DNA from: Promethearchaeia archaeon
GTDB lineage: Archaea; Asgardarchaeota; Lokiarchaeia; Sigyniarchaeales; SOKP01
DNA length: 64,000 nucleotides
Direction: 5' to 3'
NCBI GenBank assembly: GCA_029856145.1
Contig: JAHQWK010000008.1
Span: forward strand, 64,001-128,000
The position numbers and the translations under genes were made by a program. The notes under the pieces were generated by a model. It saw only the letters and a program-made list of their open reading frames with translations, ran no database searches and was not told the DNA's origin. Numbering within the stretch: the stretch's first letter is position 1; every line of letters begins with the position of its first letter. This document shows, one piece after another, positions 48,321 to 59,472 of the stretch.

Positions 48321-49196
48321 GTGCAAGTAGCAAACCTTCTTACTAAACTTGAAAAGGAAGATCTTAGAATACTTATGGCAATTGAAATTGGGATGAAAAG
48401 ATCAGAGTTTGTTACTATAAATAATATTAAATTCTATTCACGTTACAAGATGGAAGAGACTCTTTTCCGTCTAAAAAAAGTTCATAAACTTGATTTAATT
48501 ATTAGAGACGCTTCCAAACATGAAATTGCCTACACACTCAATTCTAAAGCATATGATTTACTTGCGTTGCATACTTTAGTCCAACAAAATATAATCAGTC
48601 AATTGGGACCTCCCATAGGTAAAGGTAAAGAATCAGATGTATATAGTTGCATGGATGATGATAAAAATATTTATGCGGCTAAATTTTATCGAATGGGGAG
48701 GACAAGCTTTAAAAGTATCAAACAATTAAGAGATATTATTGGAAATAGAGGACATCTCTCTTGGCTTTATGTAAATAGACTTGCTGCCAAAAAAGAATAT
48801 GAAGCTCTTGAAGAAATATATAAACTCAAACTAAATACTCCAAAGCCAATAGGATATAACAGACATATAATTATAATGTCATATTTGAGAGGAAAAGAAT
48901 TAGTTTACTATAAAAGTATTAAAAAACCTTTAAAAATTTTCAATAGAATTATAAAACAATATAAAGTAATATATAAAAAAGTAAACATGATACATGGGGA
49001 TTTAGGGGAATTTAACATTGTTTTGGATGAAAAAGGAAACATTTTAATAATTGATTGGCTACAGTGGGTTCCAACTGATCATCCCAATGCTAATTCACTT
49101 TTAGAAAGAGATGTTGAGAATATATGTAATTATTTCCGAAAAAAGTATAAAATTGAAAGTAATGTAGAAGAGATTCTTCAATCATTTCACAAATAG
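48321..49196 (+). CDS. rio2: RIO2 atypical kinase
   Basis: N-terminal wHTH, IGKGKESDVY, IHGDLGEFNI, IIDW. Confidence 0.93.
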   Translation: MQVANLLTKLEKEDLRILMAIEIGMKRSEFVTINNIKFYSRYKMEETLFRLKKVHKLDLIIRDASKHEIAYTLNSKAYDLLALHTLVQQNIISQLGPPIGKGKESDVYSCMDDDKNIYAAKFYRMGRTSFKSIKQLRDIIGNRGHLSWLYVNRLAAKKEYEALEEIYKLKLNTPKPIGYNRHIIIMSYLRGKELVYYKSIKKPLKIFNRIIKQYKVIYKKVNMIHGDLGEFNIVLDEKGNILIIDWLQWVPTDHPNANSLLERDVENICNYFRKKYKIESNVEEILQSFHK

Positions 49197-49210
49197 TAAA
49201 TTTAAAATCC

Positions 49211-49825
49211 TTATTCTTTCAATATTATCCCTTGAATCACAATATCCTCTAAATTTTCGTTGTTTATTATAAATAAATCTTTTATCTTAGTTTTTAATAT
49301 TTTTAACAATGATTCTAATTCTAATTTTTTCTTTAATATTGAAAATTTAAAATCAGCATTATTTTTACTAACCCTAAATGATTCATTAATTCCATCCTTA
49401 GTATGAGGTAAATTTTGGAAGGAAGTTAGTGCAAAAATTGAAAAGAATATATTCTCTCTAAAAGGTAAACAATCAATATCGGACAAAATTAAATTTGGAG
49501 TATAGTTACTGTAATTAAAATTAATAATTTTTGATTTGAATTCTAATAGCATTTTCCAAGAAATATCTACTCCTACATAATTTAATTTTATTGCTTCCTT
49601 ATATAATAAAGACTTTTTGATATATTCAAAAAATAATCCTGTACCACAGCCCAAGTCTAAAATAATTCTTCCATCTGCTCTGTAATTATTTAAAACAATT
49701 TCATATTTCTCTTCTTGTATCACTCGATATCTCTTATCGTAAAACTGAGAAGATGAATTGTATTTTTCGATTATCTTTTTCTTCTTATTGTGAATTCTAG
49801 AGTGCTCTTCCAAGATGATAACCAA
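49211..49825 (-). CDS. Class I SAM-dependent methyltransferase
   Basis: ILDLGCGTG, GVDISWKML, LPFR. Confidence 0.88.
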   Translation of the reverse strand: MVIILEEHSRIHNKKKKIIEKYNSSSQFYDKRYRVIQEEKYEIVLNNYRADGRIILDLGCGTGLFFEYIKKSLLYKEAIKLNYVGVDISWKMLLEFKSKIINFNYSNYTPNLILSDIDCLPFRENIFFSIFALTSFQNLPHTKDGINESFRVSKNNADFKFSILKKKLELESLLKILKTKIKDLFIINNENLEDIVIQGIILKE

Positions 49826-49936
49826 ACGAATTTTATCTTGTTTTTTTAATGCCGTAAGGTTTTAATTCAAAAAATTCTATCTTTAAATTATCTTTTCAAT
49901 AAATATAATAATAATTTTTTGATATAAAAATTAAAA

Positions 49937-50200
49937 ATGTCAAGTAAAAATAATAATGAACAGAGATCGAAAAACCCTTTACAAATTTTGCAAAATAGCC
50001 AAGGTTCAACAATTTTGCTCAGATTAAAAGATGGAACTGAATATAAAGGGTTATTAAAGGAAATAGATGCTTACATGAACATGATTCTAGAGGATGCTAC
50101 GGAAATGATTGATAATTTACCCGTGGCTAAATACAACGAGATATTCATTCGGGGCAATAATCTTCTATTCATAAAACCGGATGCTTCTCAGCTTACATAG
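49937..50200 (+). CDS. Sm/Lsm RNA-binding protein
   Basis: LKDGTEYKGLLKEIDAYMNMILEDA, IFIRGNN. Confidence 0.95.
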   Translation: MSSKNNNEQRSKNPLQILQNSQGSTILLRLKDGTEYKGLLKEIDAYMNMILEDATEMIDNLPVAKYNEIFIRGNNLLFIKPDASQLT

Positions 50201-50284
50201 GTATTATAATCACTTTTCATTAGTTTACCCTTACATTGAACCTTAGATTTCATAAAAAATCGAAATCATTATCTAGAATTAGTT

Positions 50285-51184
50285 TTATAACTCTAAGAGT
50301 TTTGGTATTATCTCATTATTTCTAATAATTGCATAAGACGCAGGATTTGGAGTATAATCTCCTCCATAATTCGCTGATGAGAATATTGATAATAATTTAT
50401 TATTAAAGAACCATCGATATCCCTCAGGAAAACATTCATGCGCTCTTATAAGATAAATTAGATTGTTATACTTCATAAAAACATCGAAAACATCGTTTCC
50501 AAAAAACTTAATGCCTACCCCTCTAAAACTATCGGAAAAACCTTGTAATCCCGACTTAGGGTCATTCCACATAATTTGATATATACTTTGAGCATTTGAG
50601 GTAAATACCACATTAAAATCCTTACATTTTTGACCTTGTAATTTCTTTAAAATTTCATTATCTTGTGGAATTCCTCCATGTAAGCATAAAATTATTTCAT
50701 TAATTAATGCACATATCGGGAGTGCGTTATAAACTTTTATTATTTCATTGAACTTACTTTGATCTTTGAATCTTAAAAGAAAATCTTGAAAAAAACCATA
50801 ATATTGATTCATTTCAAGAGTTTCATGATTTCCTCTTAATACGTAATACTTTAAAGGGAAAAGAATCTTTAAAGCAAAAATTATAAGTAGACATTCTAAT
50901 TGCTTAGATCCACGATCAACAATATCTCCTAAAAAAATTACTAACTTTGGGTTATCAATATTTATGATTTTGATTAATTCTATCAAGGTTTTTAAGTTTC
51001 CATGAATATCTCCTATTACATAAACTAATTCTGTTTTTTTATTAACTTTAAACTCTAAAAGTAGATTTTCTTCCTCAAATTTTTTTTTAACTGTCTTTAT
51101 TATTCTTGAAATATTATCAAACTTTAATTTAGAGATTTTTTGAGGATTTTTTATTAGATCAAGTAAAAATGAATTTTCAATCAA
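50285..51184 (-). CDS. PPP-family Ser/Thr protein phosphatase
   Basis: GDIHG, GDIVDRG, LRGNHE, HGGI, RAHE, FSSANY. Confidence 0.94.
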   Translation of the reverse strand: MIENSFLLDLIKNPQKISKLKFDNISRIIKTVKKKFEEENLLLEFKVNKKTELVYVIGDIHGNLKTLIELIKIINIDNPKLVIFLGDIVDRGSKQLECLLIIFALKILFPLKYYVLRGNHETLEMNQYYGFFQDFLLRFKDQSKFNEIIKVYNALPICALINEIILCLHGGIPQDNEILKKLQGQKCKDFNVVFTSNAQSIYQIMWNDPKSGLQGFSDSFRGVGIKFFGNDVFDVFMKYNNLIYLIRAHECFPEGYRWFFNNKLLSIFSSANYGGDYTPNPASYAIIRNNEIIPKLLEL

Positions 51185-51300
51185 ATTGAGACTTTATTTA
51201 AATGTTATATTTTAATTATTTTAAATTAGTTCTATTATTTTTAATATAGTTTCTAGCATTTTTATAAATAAAGAATTTTAAAATGAAAAGTTAAATTTTA

Positions 51301-53397
51301 ATGGATGAAATACTAGCTCAAAAGTTATTAAATTTTATTGGGAAGCAAATTGAGAGTTTTGAAAATGAAAAACTCCTTGGAAAAAATAAAAATCATAATC
51401 TTGGAATAGTTTATACCCCAAACCAAGTTGTAGATTATATAGTATCTAATATATTCAGAATTTATTTTCAAGAGTTTTTTAATTCTTTAGATGATTATCA
51501 AGTTAATTTCAATTTGAAAGAAACATTGAAAAAATTAATCAGAAATCAGGAAGTTAAAGAAAAATTAAGTAAAATCATTAAAAGTATAAGGGTTTTAGAT
51601 CCTTCATGTGGTTCTGGGAGATTTTTAATATCTGTTGCAGAAAAATTATATAAAATTTATCAAATAGTAGAACCTGAATTATCTAATTTCGATATTAAAA
51701 AAGTAATAATTCAGAAGAATCTTTATGGAATTGAAATTGAAAACTCTGCTATTTTTATTTCAAAGCTGAGATTAATTAAATGGCTTTTATCTACTAATGT
51801 AAACAACTTATTATTTCATAATATTAACTTTAAGGGTTTAAAACTCACAGATCTTGACCAAATCATCGAAAAACTAGATTTAAAATTTAACTTTTTCAAC
51901 TTAGACTTTCTTTTAGAATTTGACTCTGATAAATTCGATATTATAATTGGAAATCCTCCTTATGTAGAAAATAAAAAGATAAAGGATATAGAATTTAAAA
52001 AAAGATTGACTAAGAGATATAAAACAGCTTATCGTTTATTTGATCTTTCAATACTTTTTATTGAGAGATCTTTAGAATTATTAGAAAATAATGGATATCT
52101 CTCATTTATTTTACCTAATAAATTCTTATCGGCAGATTATGGTATCAAAGTCAGACTATTATTATTAAATGAATCCGAGATTAAAGAAATCATAAATATA
52201 TCATCTTTACCTATATTTCAAAACGCAGCTACATACCCTATTATTTTATCTCTGAAGAAAGCTAAACAAAGCAAGGAAAAAGAGGTAATTATTAAAATTT
52301 TTAATAATTTAAACGAGTTAACTGAAAATAATAGAATTAAGACTATAAAATTCCATCAAAATTTAATTAATAAATTTCCTTCAAAAGTAATTCCGATCTC
52401 AGGAAATATAGAATTAATCACATATTTATTTAGAAACTTTAAAACCTTTGCTGAAACCTTTCAAGATTTAAAAATTATATATCGACCTTATGGTTTTTTA
52501 AATTATAGCAAACATTTTGATAATATCAGCGATGAACCCCAGTCTGATAATGATTTGGTATTAATTGGAACAGGTAATATTGAAAAATATTTTATTAAAT
52601 TTAATAAAAGAATAAAAATTGCTGGTAAAGATATTAAAATTTCATATTTTAATTATCATACTATTTTTGAACATATTTGGAGCGATCTCAATAGCGAAAA
52701 ACTAATTTTCAGGGAAATCGCAAAAGACTTAACTTGTTGTTATGATCCCGGGGTATTTACAAATATAACAGGTCTTTATTTTATAAAAATTGCTTCATTC
52801 AAAACTGATCAATTATTCAGTCTTTTAACAATTTTAAATTCGAACTTATTGGATTTGGTGTTTAAAACATTATTTGGTACATTACATATGGCTGGAGGTT
52901 ATTTGCGATTTAATGGTAGTTTCATTAAAAGATTACCATTACCAAGAAAATTTCCTTTGTTTCTATCACAATTGGGAAAAATTCTTCACCTCCTTTCACA
53001 ATTAAAATATGATCTTGACTCAAAAGATCCTGAAATTATAAGAAATCCTGAAATCGAAAGATTCAATAACAAATACTATAATGAAATACAGACTTATCTT
53101 AAATTTTTTAAAAGATTGAGCAATTCTTTGGTGAACTTATTATTTTTAGATGATTTATATTTAGAGTCTAATTTAGATTATTATTTATTAAGAGATTTAT
53201 TCGATATAAAAATAGAACCACAAAAAGTTCCACACAAATTTTTAATTCCTCGATTCGATATTAATAATTATAAAATCTTTTCATTAAATGAATTAGATTC
53301 TATTTTAACTAAAATAAAAAAACTATATAGCCGATTACATAATAATGCAGGTTTATTAAATCAAATAGACGACCTAATGAAAAATAATTTCAGCTAA
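51301..53397 (+). CDS. Eco57I/TaqI-like N6-adenine DNA methyltransferase with C-terminal specificity domain
   Basis: YTP, VLDPSCGSGRFL, IIGNPPY, TaqI_C-like tail. Confidence 0.88.
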   Translation: MDEILAQKLLNFIGKQIESFENEKLLGKNKNHNLGIVYTPNQVVDYIVSNIFRIYFQEFFNSLDDYQVNFNLKETLKKLIRNQEVKEKLSKIIKSIRVLDPSCGSGRFLISVAEKLYKIYQIVEPELSNFDIKKVIIQKNLYGIEIENSAIFISKLRLIKWLLSTNVNNLLFHNINFKGLKLTDLDQIIEKLDLKFNFFNLDFLLEFDSDKFDIIIGNPPYVENKKIKDIEFKKRLTKRYKTAYRLFDLSILFIERSLELLENNGYLSFILPNKFLSADYGIKVRLLLLNESEIKEIINISSLPIFQNAATYPIILSLKKAKQSKEKEVIIKIFNNLNELTENNRIKTIKFHQNLINKFPSKVIPISGNIELITYLFRNFKTFAETFQDLKIIYRPYGFLNYSKHFDNISDEPQSDNDLVLIGTGNIEKYFIKFNKRIKIAGKDIKISYFNYHTIFEHIWSDLNSEKLIFREIAKDLTCCYDPGVFTNITGLYFIKIASFKTDQLFSLLTILNSNLLDLVFKTLFGTLHMAGGYLRFNGSFIKRLPLPRKFPLFLSQLGKILHLLSQLKYDLDSKDPEIIRNPEIERFNNKYYNEIQTYLKFFKRLSNSLVNLLFLDDLYLESNLDYYLLRDLFDIKIEPQKVPHKFLIPRFDINNYKIFSLNELDSILTKIKKLYSRLHNNAGLLNQIDDLMKNNFS

Positions 53398-53515
53398 AAG
53401 GCAATTTTAAAATAGTCATTCTTTAGGTACAATCGAATTAAAATTAAATTTTAACAAAGATTATATATTTAAAATATTAATTAGTAAAAATCAATTAAAA
53501 TTGTGAGTAAGAACT

Positions 53516-53830
53516 ATGGCTAAAAAAAAGAGTGCTCCAAGTGAAGATGAAGATCTTGAACTTCCAGGTGGAAAAGTAGATGAAGACGGAGACGAAATAC
53601 TAGATCTAACTGATTGGGAAGATGATTTAGAAGAAGATGTTGTTTATGAAATCCCTGGTGATGATGAAATGATCGCGGAGGAGACTGAGGATGAAGAACT
53701 TGGGATGGAAGTTGATGAAGTTGTCAAGATGTTACGAGATGTAAAATGTAATCCTTGTCCGGGTTTAAGAAGTAAACCAGATTGTAAAATTGCCCATGAT
53801 TATGGGTGCCCAAAACCAAAAAAGCCATAA
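53516..53830 (+). CDS. Highly acidic small protein with Cys-rich C-terminus
   Basis: D/E-rich core; CNPCPG....CKIAHDYGCP. Confidence 0.7.
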   Translation: MAKKKSAPSEDEDLELPGGKVDEDGDEILDLTDWEDDLEEDVVYEIPGDDEMIAEETEDEELGMEVDEVVKMLRDVKCNPCPGLRSKPDCKIAHDYGCPKPKKP

Positions 53831-53902
53831 AAATTATAATTTTTATTTTTTTATTATTTAAACGCTTAATTCATTTTTGATTATATTTCTTAGTGGAATA
53901 CG

Positions 53903-54901
53903 TTGCTTTCAAATACACACAAACGCATCATATTAATAATTATTGATGTTCTATTTAGCTGGTACATCTGGGAAGTAAATATTTCGTTAGGAAATCCGTG
54001 TTACACAACTGCTTTTTCAAGATGTTTCATCTTATCAATTACCACCTTTTTAATCATATATACCCCCTTTGAGATTTATTTTTCGTTTCGTGATCTCTGG
54101 TTTGATCGTTGGCCAAAACTTTATCAAAAAGATTTAGAAGTATCTTCCGTAAAAATAAATGTTTCTAATGGACTTTTATCAGCAAATCTGGTAAAGAATA
54201 AGAATCAAGCAAAAAGTAAATTAAAAAATACTTTAGTTATAGTCTGTCATGGGTTTTCTGACACGAAAGAAACACTTGAGTATTTCTATTATCCGCTTGC
54301 TTATCAAGGTTATGTTGTTTTAGCTTATGATGCTAGAGGTACGGGAAAATCTAAAAAAGCAGGAAAAAGAAGTGACTTTTTAGAAAGAATTGAGGATTTT
54401 AAAAAAATAATTGTGTGGGTTAAAAATCAAGAAGAATTTTCAAATATGAAAATCTTTTGTGTTGGTTTTAGTATAGGTGCTATTACAGTTTTATCTGGAG
54501 GTTTTGCAAATAGAGATATTGAAAAAATTATTGCGATTTCTTCAATGTCTCATTACAAACAAAATATATCAAAATATAATCCTGTTGTTCTGTTGAGTTA
54601 TTTAATTAAAGGTGTGAAATTATTCCCTAATATCGAAGAAAATAACCGGTTATCTCCTTATCTATTAATGAAAAAAGTAAAAAAAGAACTAAAATTAGAA
54701 CAATGGAAAATTTTCACTAAAAATGTTATGTTAATACATTGTAAAAATGATCGAGTAATAAAATTCAAAAATCTACAAGAGAATAAAATGATCTTAGAAT
54801 CTCCAGAGAGAAATGTGCTAATATTAAAGAGAGGAGGACACTCACAAAAGAAAAATGAATGTGTCTTAGTTGGCGCTGCTCTCAATTTTTTAAATTCATA
54901 G
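53903..54901 (+). CDS. Membrane-anchored alpha/beta hydrolase
   Basis: 2 N-terminal TM helices, CHGF, DARGTGKS, GFSIG, GGH. Confidence 0.85.
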   Translation: MLSNTHKRIILIIIDVLFSWYIWEVNISLGNPCYTTAFSRCFILSITTFLIIYTPFEIYFSFRDLWFDRWPKLYQKDLEVSSVKINVSNGLLSANLVKNKNQAKSKLKNTLVIVCHGFSDTKETLEYFYYPLAYQGYVVLAYDARGTGKSKKAGKRSDFLERIEDFKKIIVWVKNQEEFSNMKIFCVGFSIGAITVLSGGFANRDIEKIIAISSMSHYKQNISKYNPVVLLSYLIKGVKLFPNIEENNRLSPYLLMKKVKKELKLEQWKIFTKNVMLIHCKNDRVIKFKNLQENKMILESPERNVLILKRGGHSQKKNECVLVGAALNFLNS

Positions 54902-54978
54902 TTGTGTAAACTTGGTTTTTTTTTAGTTATTAACAGTTATAAAACTTAATTATTTCTTTTATAGTTTCAAGGTTCATT

Positions 54979-56424
54979 TCAATCAATAATTTTTCCCCAA
55001 TCTGAGAATTTGATGATTTTTTTATAATTTTTAACCATTCTTGTAAATAAAACGCAACCTATACAAAACATGTTTGCAAAATCTTCTTTTGTTAAGTTTA
55101 GTAGTCTACTGTTCTTGTCCGAGAAACCTATACCACGGTCAACTTCAATTTGGCCATCATAACCAGATAAATTTACTACAAATTCTTGCTTATTTAGTAT
55201 TTTTTTATTAATAAATACTTCTCGTGCAATTCTAGCTAATCCTCCAATGGGGATAACTTTACCTTCTCTTTGAGCTAAGTAAATTCGTAAATCAAATGTA
55301 TGTTTCCCCCCCTGCCAATCTATTAATGAGAAATCAGCCATCTCCTGAATGGTGTATGGAAAAGGATCACGATTTTTCATAAACTTACCAAAAAATTCCT
55401 TTTTACTTTCTTCAACAAGATTTTTAATATTAAGAAGATCCTCATCTTTAGAAACAGGAATAACTCCAGCCCCTCCAGAGCCCCCACTAGGTTTAATAAT
55501 AAAAGATTTCTTATATTCCTTTATAAGATACTTTAACTTGTCAGCTAACTCATTTTCATTAAACGCTTTTGTGAATAAGAGATATTTTAAATTATATTTT
55601 TTGAGAAGATCTTTACTAAAATAGCTTGCTAAATATGTTAAAGATTTATCGTCAGTTATATTAAATATAGGATTCACTAAAATTGATTTTATTTCACGAA
55701 AATCTTTTTTAATTAATTTTGAGAAGTTTTCATTCTTGAAACGTCTTATAATGCCATCTCCTATTAAAACACTAACTTCTTCCTCTTCAAATTTTATCCA
55801 ATTATTAGAAAATGAAAGAGATTTTGACAATTGTCTATAATCAGCTATCAAAAAAACTATTTCGGCTTGAAAGTCTTTATCATAATTATCAGTATTAAAG
55901 ATTTTTACTGAATGCCCATTAGCTTTAAGTTTTTTTCTAAAGTATTCTATCATTATTACTTTTTCATGAATTAAACCATCATTAACAGTTATACCAATTA
56001 TTACAAACACTTTATTGAGACTGGCCTTATTTCGATTGATTGCTTGATTAATAGCTTCTAAATATCCATCATATAAAAGAGCTTGTTGTTTTTCAGTAAT
56101 AATTGAAAGCCCTCGGTGAGATCCCCCATTGGTTTCTAAAAGAAAAAATTTTTTTCCTTCATATTCATCAGATACCATGAAATCAATACTACCAGCATAA
56201 AATGAATCAGTACTACTCAAAACATTATCCTTACCTTTTTCCATCCTTTCTAAAGCACGATTTCTTACTTCATCAGTGAATGTATCTTCTTGTGAGGCTC
56301 TCAAGTCGGCAAAAGATATTAAATCTAATCCTAAGGATTTTCCTAAATTGATTAATTCTAAATCTGAATCTGAAATTTTTGAGGACATTAGTTTTAGAAA
56401 TTTAGTGAGAAGATCTTCATCCAT
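54979..56424 (-). CDS. ATP-grasp ligase, circularly permuted motif order
   Basis: LLETNGG near the N-terminus; IIKPSGGSGGAGV, IQE and DLR later. Confidence 0.65.
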   Translation of the reverse strand: MDEDLLTKFLKLMSSKISDSDLELINLGKSLGLDLISFADLRASQEDTFTDEVRNRALERMEKGKDNVLSSTDSFYAGSIDFMVSDEYEGKKFFLLETNGGSHRGLSIITEKQQALLYDGYLEAINQAINRNKASLNKVFVIIGITVNDGLIHEKVIMIEYFRKKLKANGHSVKIFNTDNYDKDFQAEIVFLIADYRQLSKSLSFSNNWIKFEEEEVSVLIGDGIIRRFKNENFSKLIKKDFREIKSILVNPIFNITDDKSLTYLASYFSKDLLKKYNLKYLLFTKAFNENELADKLKYLIKEYKKSFIIKPSGGSGGAGVIPVSKDEDLLNIKNLVEESKKEFFGKFMKNRDPFPYTIQEMADFSLIDWQGGKHTFDLRIYLAQREGKVIPIGGLARIAREVFINKKILNKQEFVVNLSGYDGQIEVDRGIGFSDKNSRLLNLTKEDFANMFCIGCVLFTRMVKNYKKIIKFSDWGKIID

Positions 56425-56520
56425 AAATTATTATAATTATACCACAGTTTAAAAAAATTAGGCTTAATGCAATTTTTTAAGAATTGAAAATAGAAACATA
56501 TCTGGTAAGAAAATAAAAAA

Positions 56521-57741
56521 TTAGAGATATAAGTATCCTTGATGATTCCCTTTAATGCTCAACCTAAGGGAGCCGATTAAAATCTTCTTTACCTTAAGTT
56601 GTTCCTTATAAGTTAAATTTGAATATAGCAAAATATAATTTTTTTCAATATTTACAGTGAAAAGAAGTCCTATCTCTATCAACTCAGATTTTTCAGTCAT
56701 TAAACCAATTATTACATAATGATAAGGAAGATTAACAAGATTGTAAATGTCAATATCCTTTTCGAAAATTTGCTCTTTTTCCTTGTCATATTCTGTTTTT
56801 ATAAACTTCATCTTGTCTAAAGGAATTGAAATTTTTCTAAATTCCTCGAATTTCTTTGAAAATTGACTTTGACGCAAAAATCTTCTTTCTTCTTTATCTT
56901 TTTCATAAAAATATTTATTTTTCTCTTTAATTGAATAAATTTTTCTATCTTTTCTAGAACTTGAGGAAGTTTTTTCTATAGTTTGGAGTTCCTCAATAGT
57001 TTCATCATGAAAAATAATTAAAATGTCTGGATCAACTGTTTGGATAAAAAAGTTTTTATAAAGAATCCCCGCTTCAGTTTTAATCCAACCATCTGTATCA
57101 ATTAAAATAAAATCAATGGACTTATTTTTTGCGATGTAATCATCTATTAATCTTTTACATGAAAGAGAAACTATGAATTTATAATCTCCTTTTGGAAAAG
57201 TAGCGCCAATAAAAACCATTTTTTCAGAATTAATCTTCTCACTTGAAACAAAATAATCCTCGATCGAACCAATGTTTATCGTAGTAGGGATATATATTAT
57301 TTGTTGACCTAGATCAGAATCAAGATAACCCCCCTTTAATCCCTCTTTTAGGAAATTGTTTGCTAAATATTTGATAAAAGTTGTTTTTCCACTGCTGATT
57401 CCTAAAACCATGATCTTTAATGGTACGCCTGGATTTTGTTTCAATGCCTTTATGATGGAATCTTTAATTTCACTCCAATCAGGAGAAATCGAATTTTCTT
57501 CAATATTTATAAGATTGTCTTCAGTTCTTGTATATATTTCTAATTTTGATTTTTCTACAGCATAAATTGGATAACTTTGGGCACTTGGTACTATTAAAAC
57601 ATCATTTAAATTTGAGCTCTCTGATGGTGATTTTTCAGGAATAAAAATCTTCCCGAAAACTTCAACCTTTCCTTCTACCAAGGTTATTCTTGCTGGACCT
57701 TTTACTAATAAAGTGTGTCCCTTACTTACATCTTTAATCAT
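56521..57741 (-). CDS. Clp1/Grc3-like polynucleotide 5'-kinase
   Basis: GKTT, DSDLGQ, IDTDGW; N-terminal LVKGPA domain. Confidence 0.85.
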   Translation of the reverse strand: MIKDVSKGHTLLVKGPARITLVEGKVEVFGKIFIPEKSPSESSNLNDVLIVPSAQSYPIYAVEKSKLEIYTRTEDNLINIEENSISPDWSEIKDSIIKALKQNPGVPLKIMVLGISSGKTTFIKYLANNFLKEGLKGGYLDSDLGQQIIYIPTTINIGSIEDYFVSSEKINSEKMVFIGATFPKGDYKFIVSLSCKRLIDDYIAKNKSIDFILIDTDGWIKTEAGILYKNFFIQTVDPDILIIFHDETIEELQTIEKTSSSSRKDRKIYSIKEKNKYFYEKDKEERRFLRQSQFSKKFEEFRKISIPLDKMKFIKTEYDKEKEQIFEKDIDIYNLVNLPYHYVIIGLMTEKSELIEIGLLFTVNIEKNYILLYSNLTYKEQLKVKKILIGSLRLSIKGNHQGYLYL

Positions 57742-57959
57742 AAATAATTCATCCTATATATAAAGTAATTTGAATCTGTTATTCAATTATGATTTCCTTT
57801 AATTTTAGTAGTGTAAATTTTTGCATTTTTATAGAAATAAAGAATTGACATCCTATTAACATATTTAGTAAATTTTTTCTAATCATAATTTAAGTTTTTT
57901 ATAAAAATTTCAAATGTCCACTCTTGATATTTTTAGTAATTTATTTAAAAATAAATAAT

Positions 57960-58700
57960 TTAAGTACAAAATTCATTAATGAATTTTATGAGTTCTAATA
58001 CAATTTGTTTGTGATCTGGGCTATCTAAAATTGGGTGATCATTATTCTCTAACCAAATTTTCCTCTTTTTCTTAGATGCGATATTATCGTAAATATAATC
58101 TATGCTATTACTTTTAATTTCAGAATCCAATTTTCCTTGAAAAATTAATGCAGGGCACTTAATTTCACTTAAAGATTTCTTCATTTCTCTCATCAGTTTT
58201 TTTAGTTTTGTGGCAATATTTAATGGAATCTTATCATAACCGACCCATTTTCCATTTGTATCTTTTTTGAATTGTTCTGAATCAATAGTATGATATTTTA
58301 CAAAAATTTTGAACAATGGAACAAGATGAAATAAAAATCTTTGAACTCCGATCGGTGCACTAATAGTAAAAATACCATCTAAATTATAATTTGCCGCTAA
58401 TATTAATGTTAAAACACCACCCATAGAATGACCACCTACAATAACCTTATCACATTTATCTATTAATATAGATAATTCTCTATTTATAGCTGATTTCCAA
58501 TAATCAATACGAGTTTTTTTTAAATCCTTAGGTGTGGTCCCATATCCAGGAAGTAAAGGAATATTAATAGTATAACCTCCTTTCATATGCAAATCTTCTG
58601 CTAGAGGTTTTAAATCTGCACAGGTTCCACCGCCGCCGCCATGTATTAAAAGAATTCCAATATTGTTTCCTTCAAAATAAAATGGACCTGCACCAAGCAT
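57960..58700 (-). CDS. Carboxylesterase (alpha/beta hydrolase)
   Basis: LLIHG, LPGYG, GHSMGG. Confidence 0.88.
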   Translation of the reverse strand: MLGAGPFYFEGNNIGILLIHGGGGGTCADLKPLAEDLHMKGGYTINIPLLPGYGTTPKDLKKTRIDYWKSAINRELSILIDKCDKVIVGGHSMGGVLTLILAANYNLDGIFTISAPIGVQRFLFHLVPLFKIFVKYHTIDSEQFKKDTNGKWVGYDKIPLNIATKLKKLMREMKKSLSEIKCPALIFQGKLDSEIKSNSIDYIYDNIASKKKRKIWLENNDHPILDSPDHKQIVLELIKFINEFCT

Positions 58701-58835
58701 TATACTTAGACTATTGTTATTCTTTTTATTTTAAATTTATCTAAATGATTAATAAATAATAAAAATCTCAATATATTCATATTTCTTAGAGGAATTTATT
58801 CAAAAATATTAAATTTAAAAAAGTATTATCGCTGA

Positions 58836-59363
58836 CTAACCTCTTGTTATTTTATAGCAAGGAATACACATTTCAGCGCCGTTATAAGTCATAAGTCTAC
58901 TATTCATAGTAAGTTCTCCACATATCTCACAAGGTACTGAAAGTTCAACTTGCGCTAATCCTGGAGGATTATATTCGATTTCATATATCTTAAATACATC
59001 TTCTGGCTTTGATTTTAACAGTAACTGAATCTTTTCATCTCGAGATAACTTTTTATTATTAAATTTCCCACTTTTTATTGCTAATCTTATGCCTTTTTCG
59101 GTCCTTCTATCATAAAAGAAGTAATTATTCTTACCATAATCTTTATGGACAAGATTCCCCTTCCCAAATGTTGTACCTAATATTGCTTGAAGAGCATCAA
59201 CACTGCAATTATCATTCTCAACAATAGCAACTAACTCCTCATTTGGTGAATAATCATATCCATGTTCCAAAACATATTTTGCTACTAAAACACCAATCGC
59301 TAAACCAGGACAAATATGTCCATGAAACCTTACAGCTTTTTCCATTAAGTCTTTAGCTTCCAT
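58836..59363 (-). CDS. fmdE: FmdE-family protein with C-terminal Zn finger
   Basis: FHGHICPG, CSVDALQ, CEICGE..CIPC. Confidence 0.9.
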   Translation of the reverse strand: MEAKDLMEKAVRFHGHICPGLAIGVLVAKYVLEHGYDYSPNEELVAIVENDNCSVDALQAILGTTFGKGNLVHKDYGKNNYFFYDRRTEKGIRLAIKSGKFNNKKLSRDEKIQLLLKSKPEDVFKIYEIEYNPPGLAQVELSVPCEICGELTMNSRLMTYNGAEMCIPCYKITRG

Positions 59364-59472
59364 TTATATCCGTACGAATTTTTAATTTGATTAAATTTCA
59401 AATATATAATTTATTAGATGCTTTATATATATTTAATTTAGAATTACTTAATAAATGCTTAGCCTCTTTAAT

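Noticed and set aside
57380-57410. Shortened P-loop (GISSGKTT) in the Clp1-like kinase as inactivation
   Set aside because: GKT and the downstream DxGQ/DTxGW motifs are intact; cannot be judged without an alignment.
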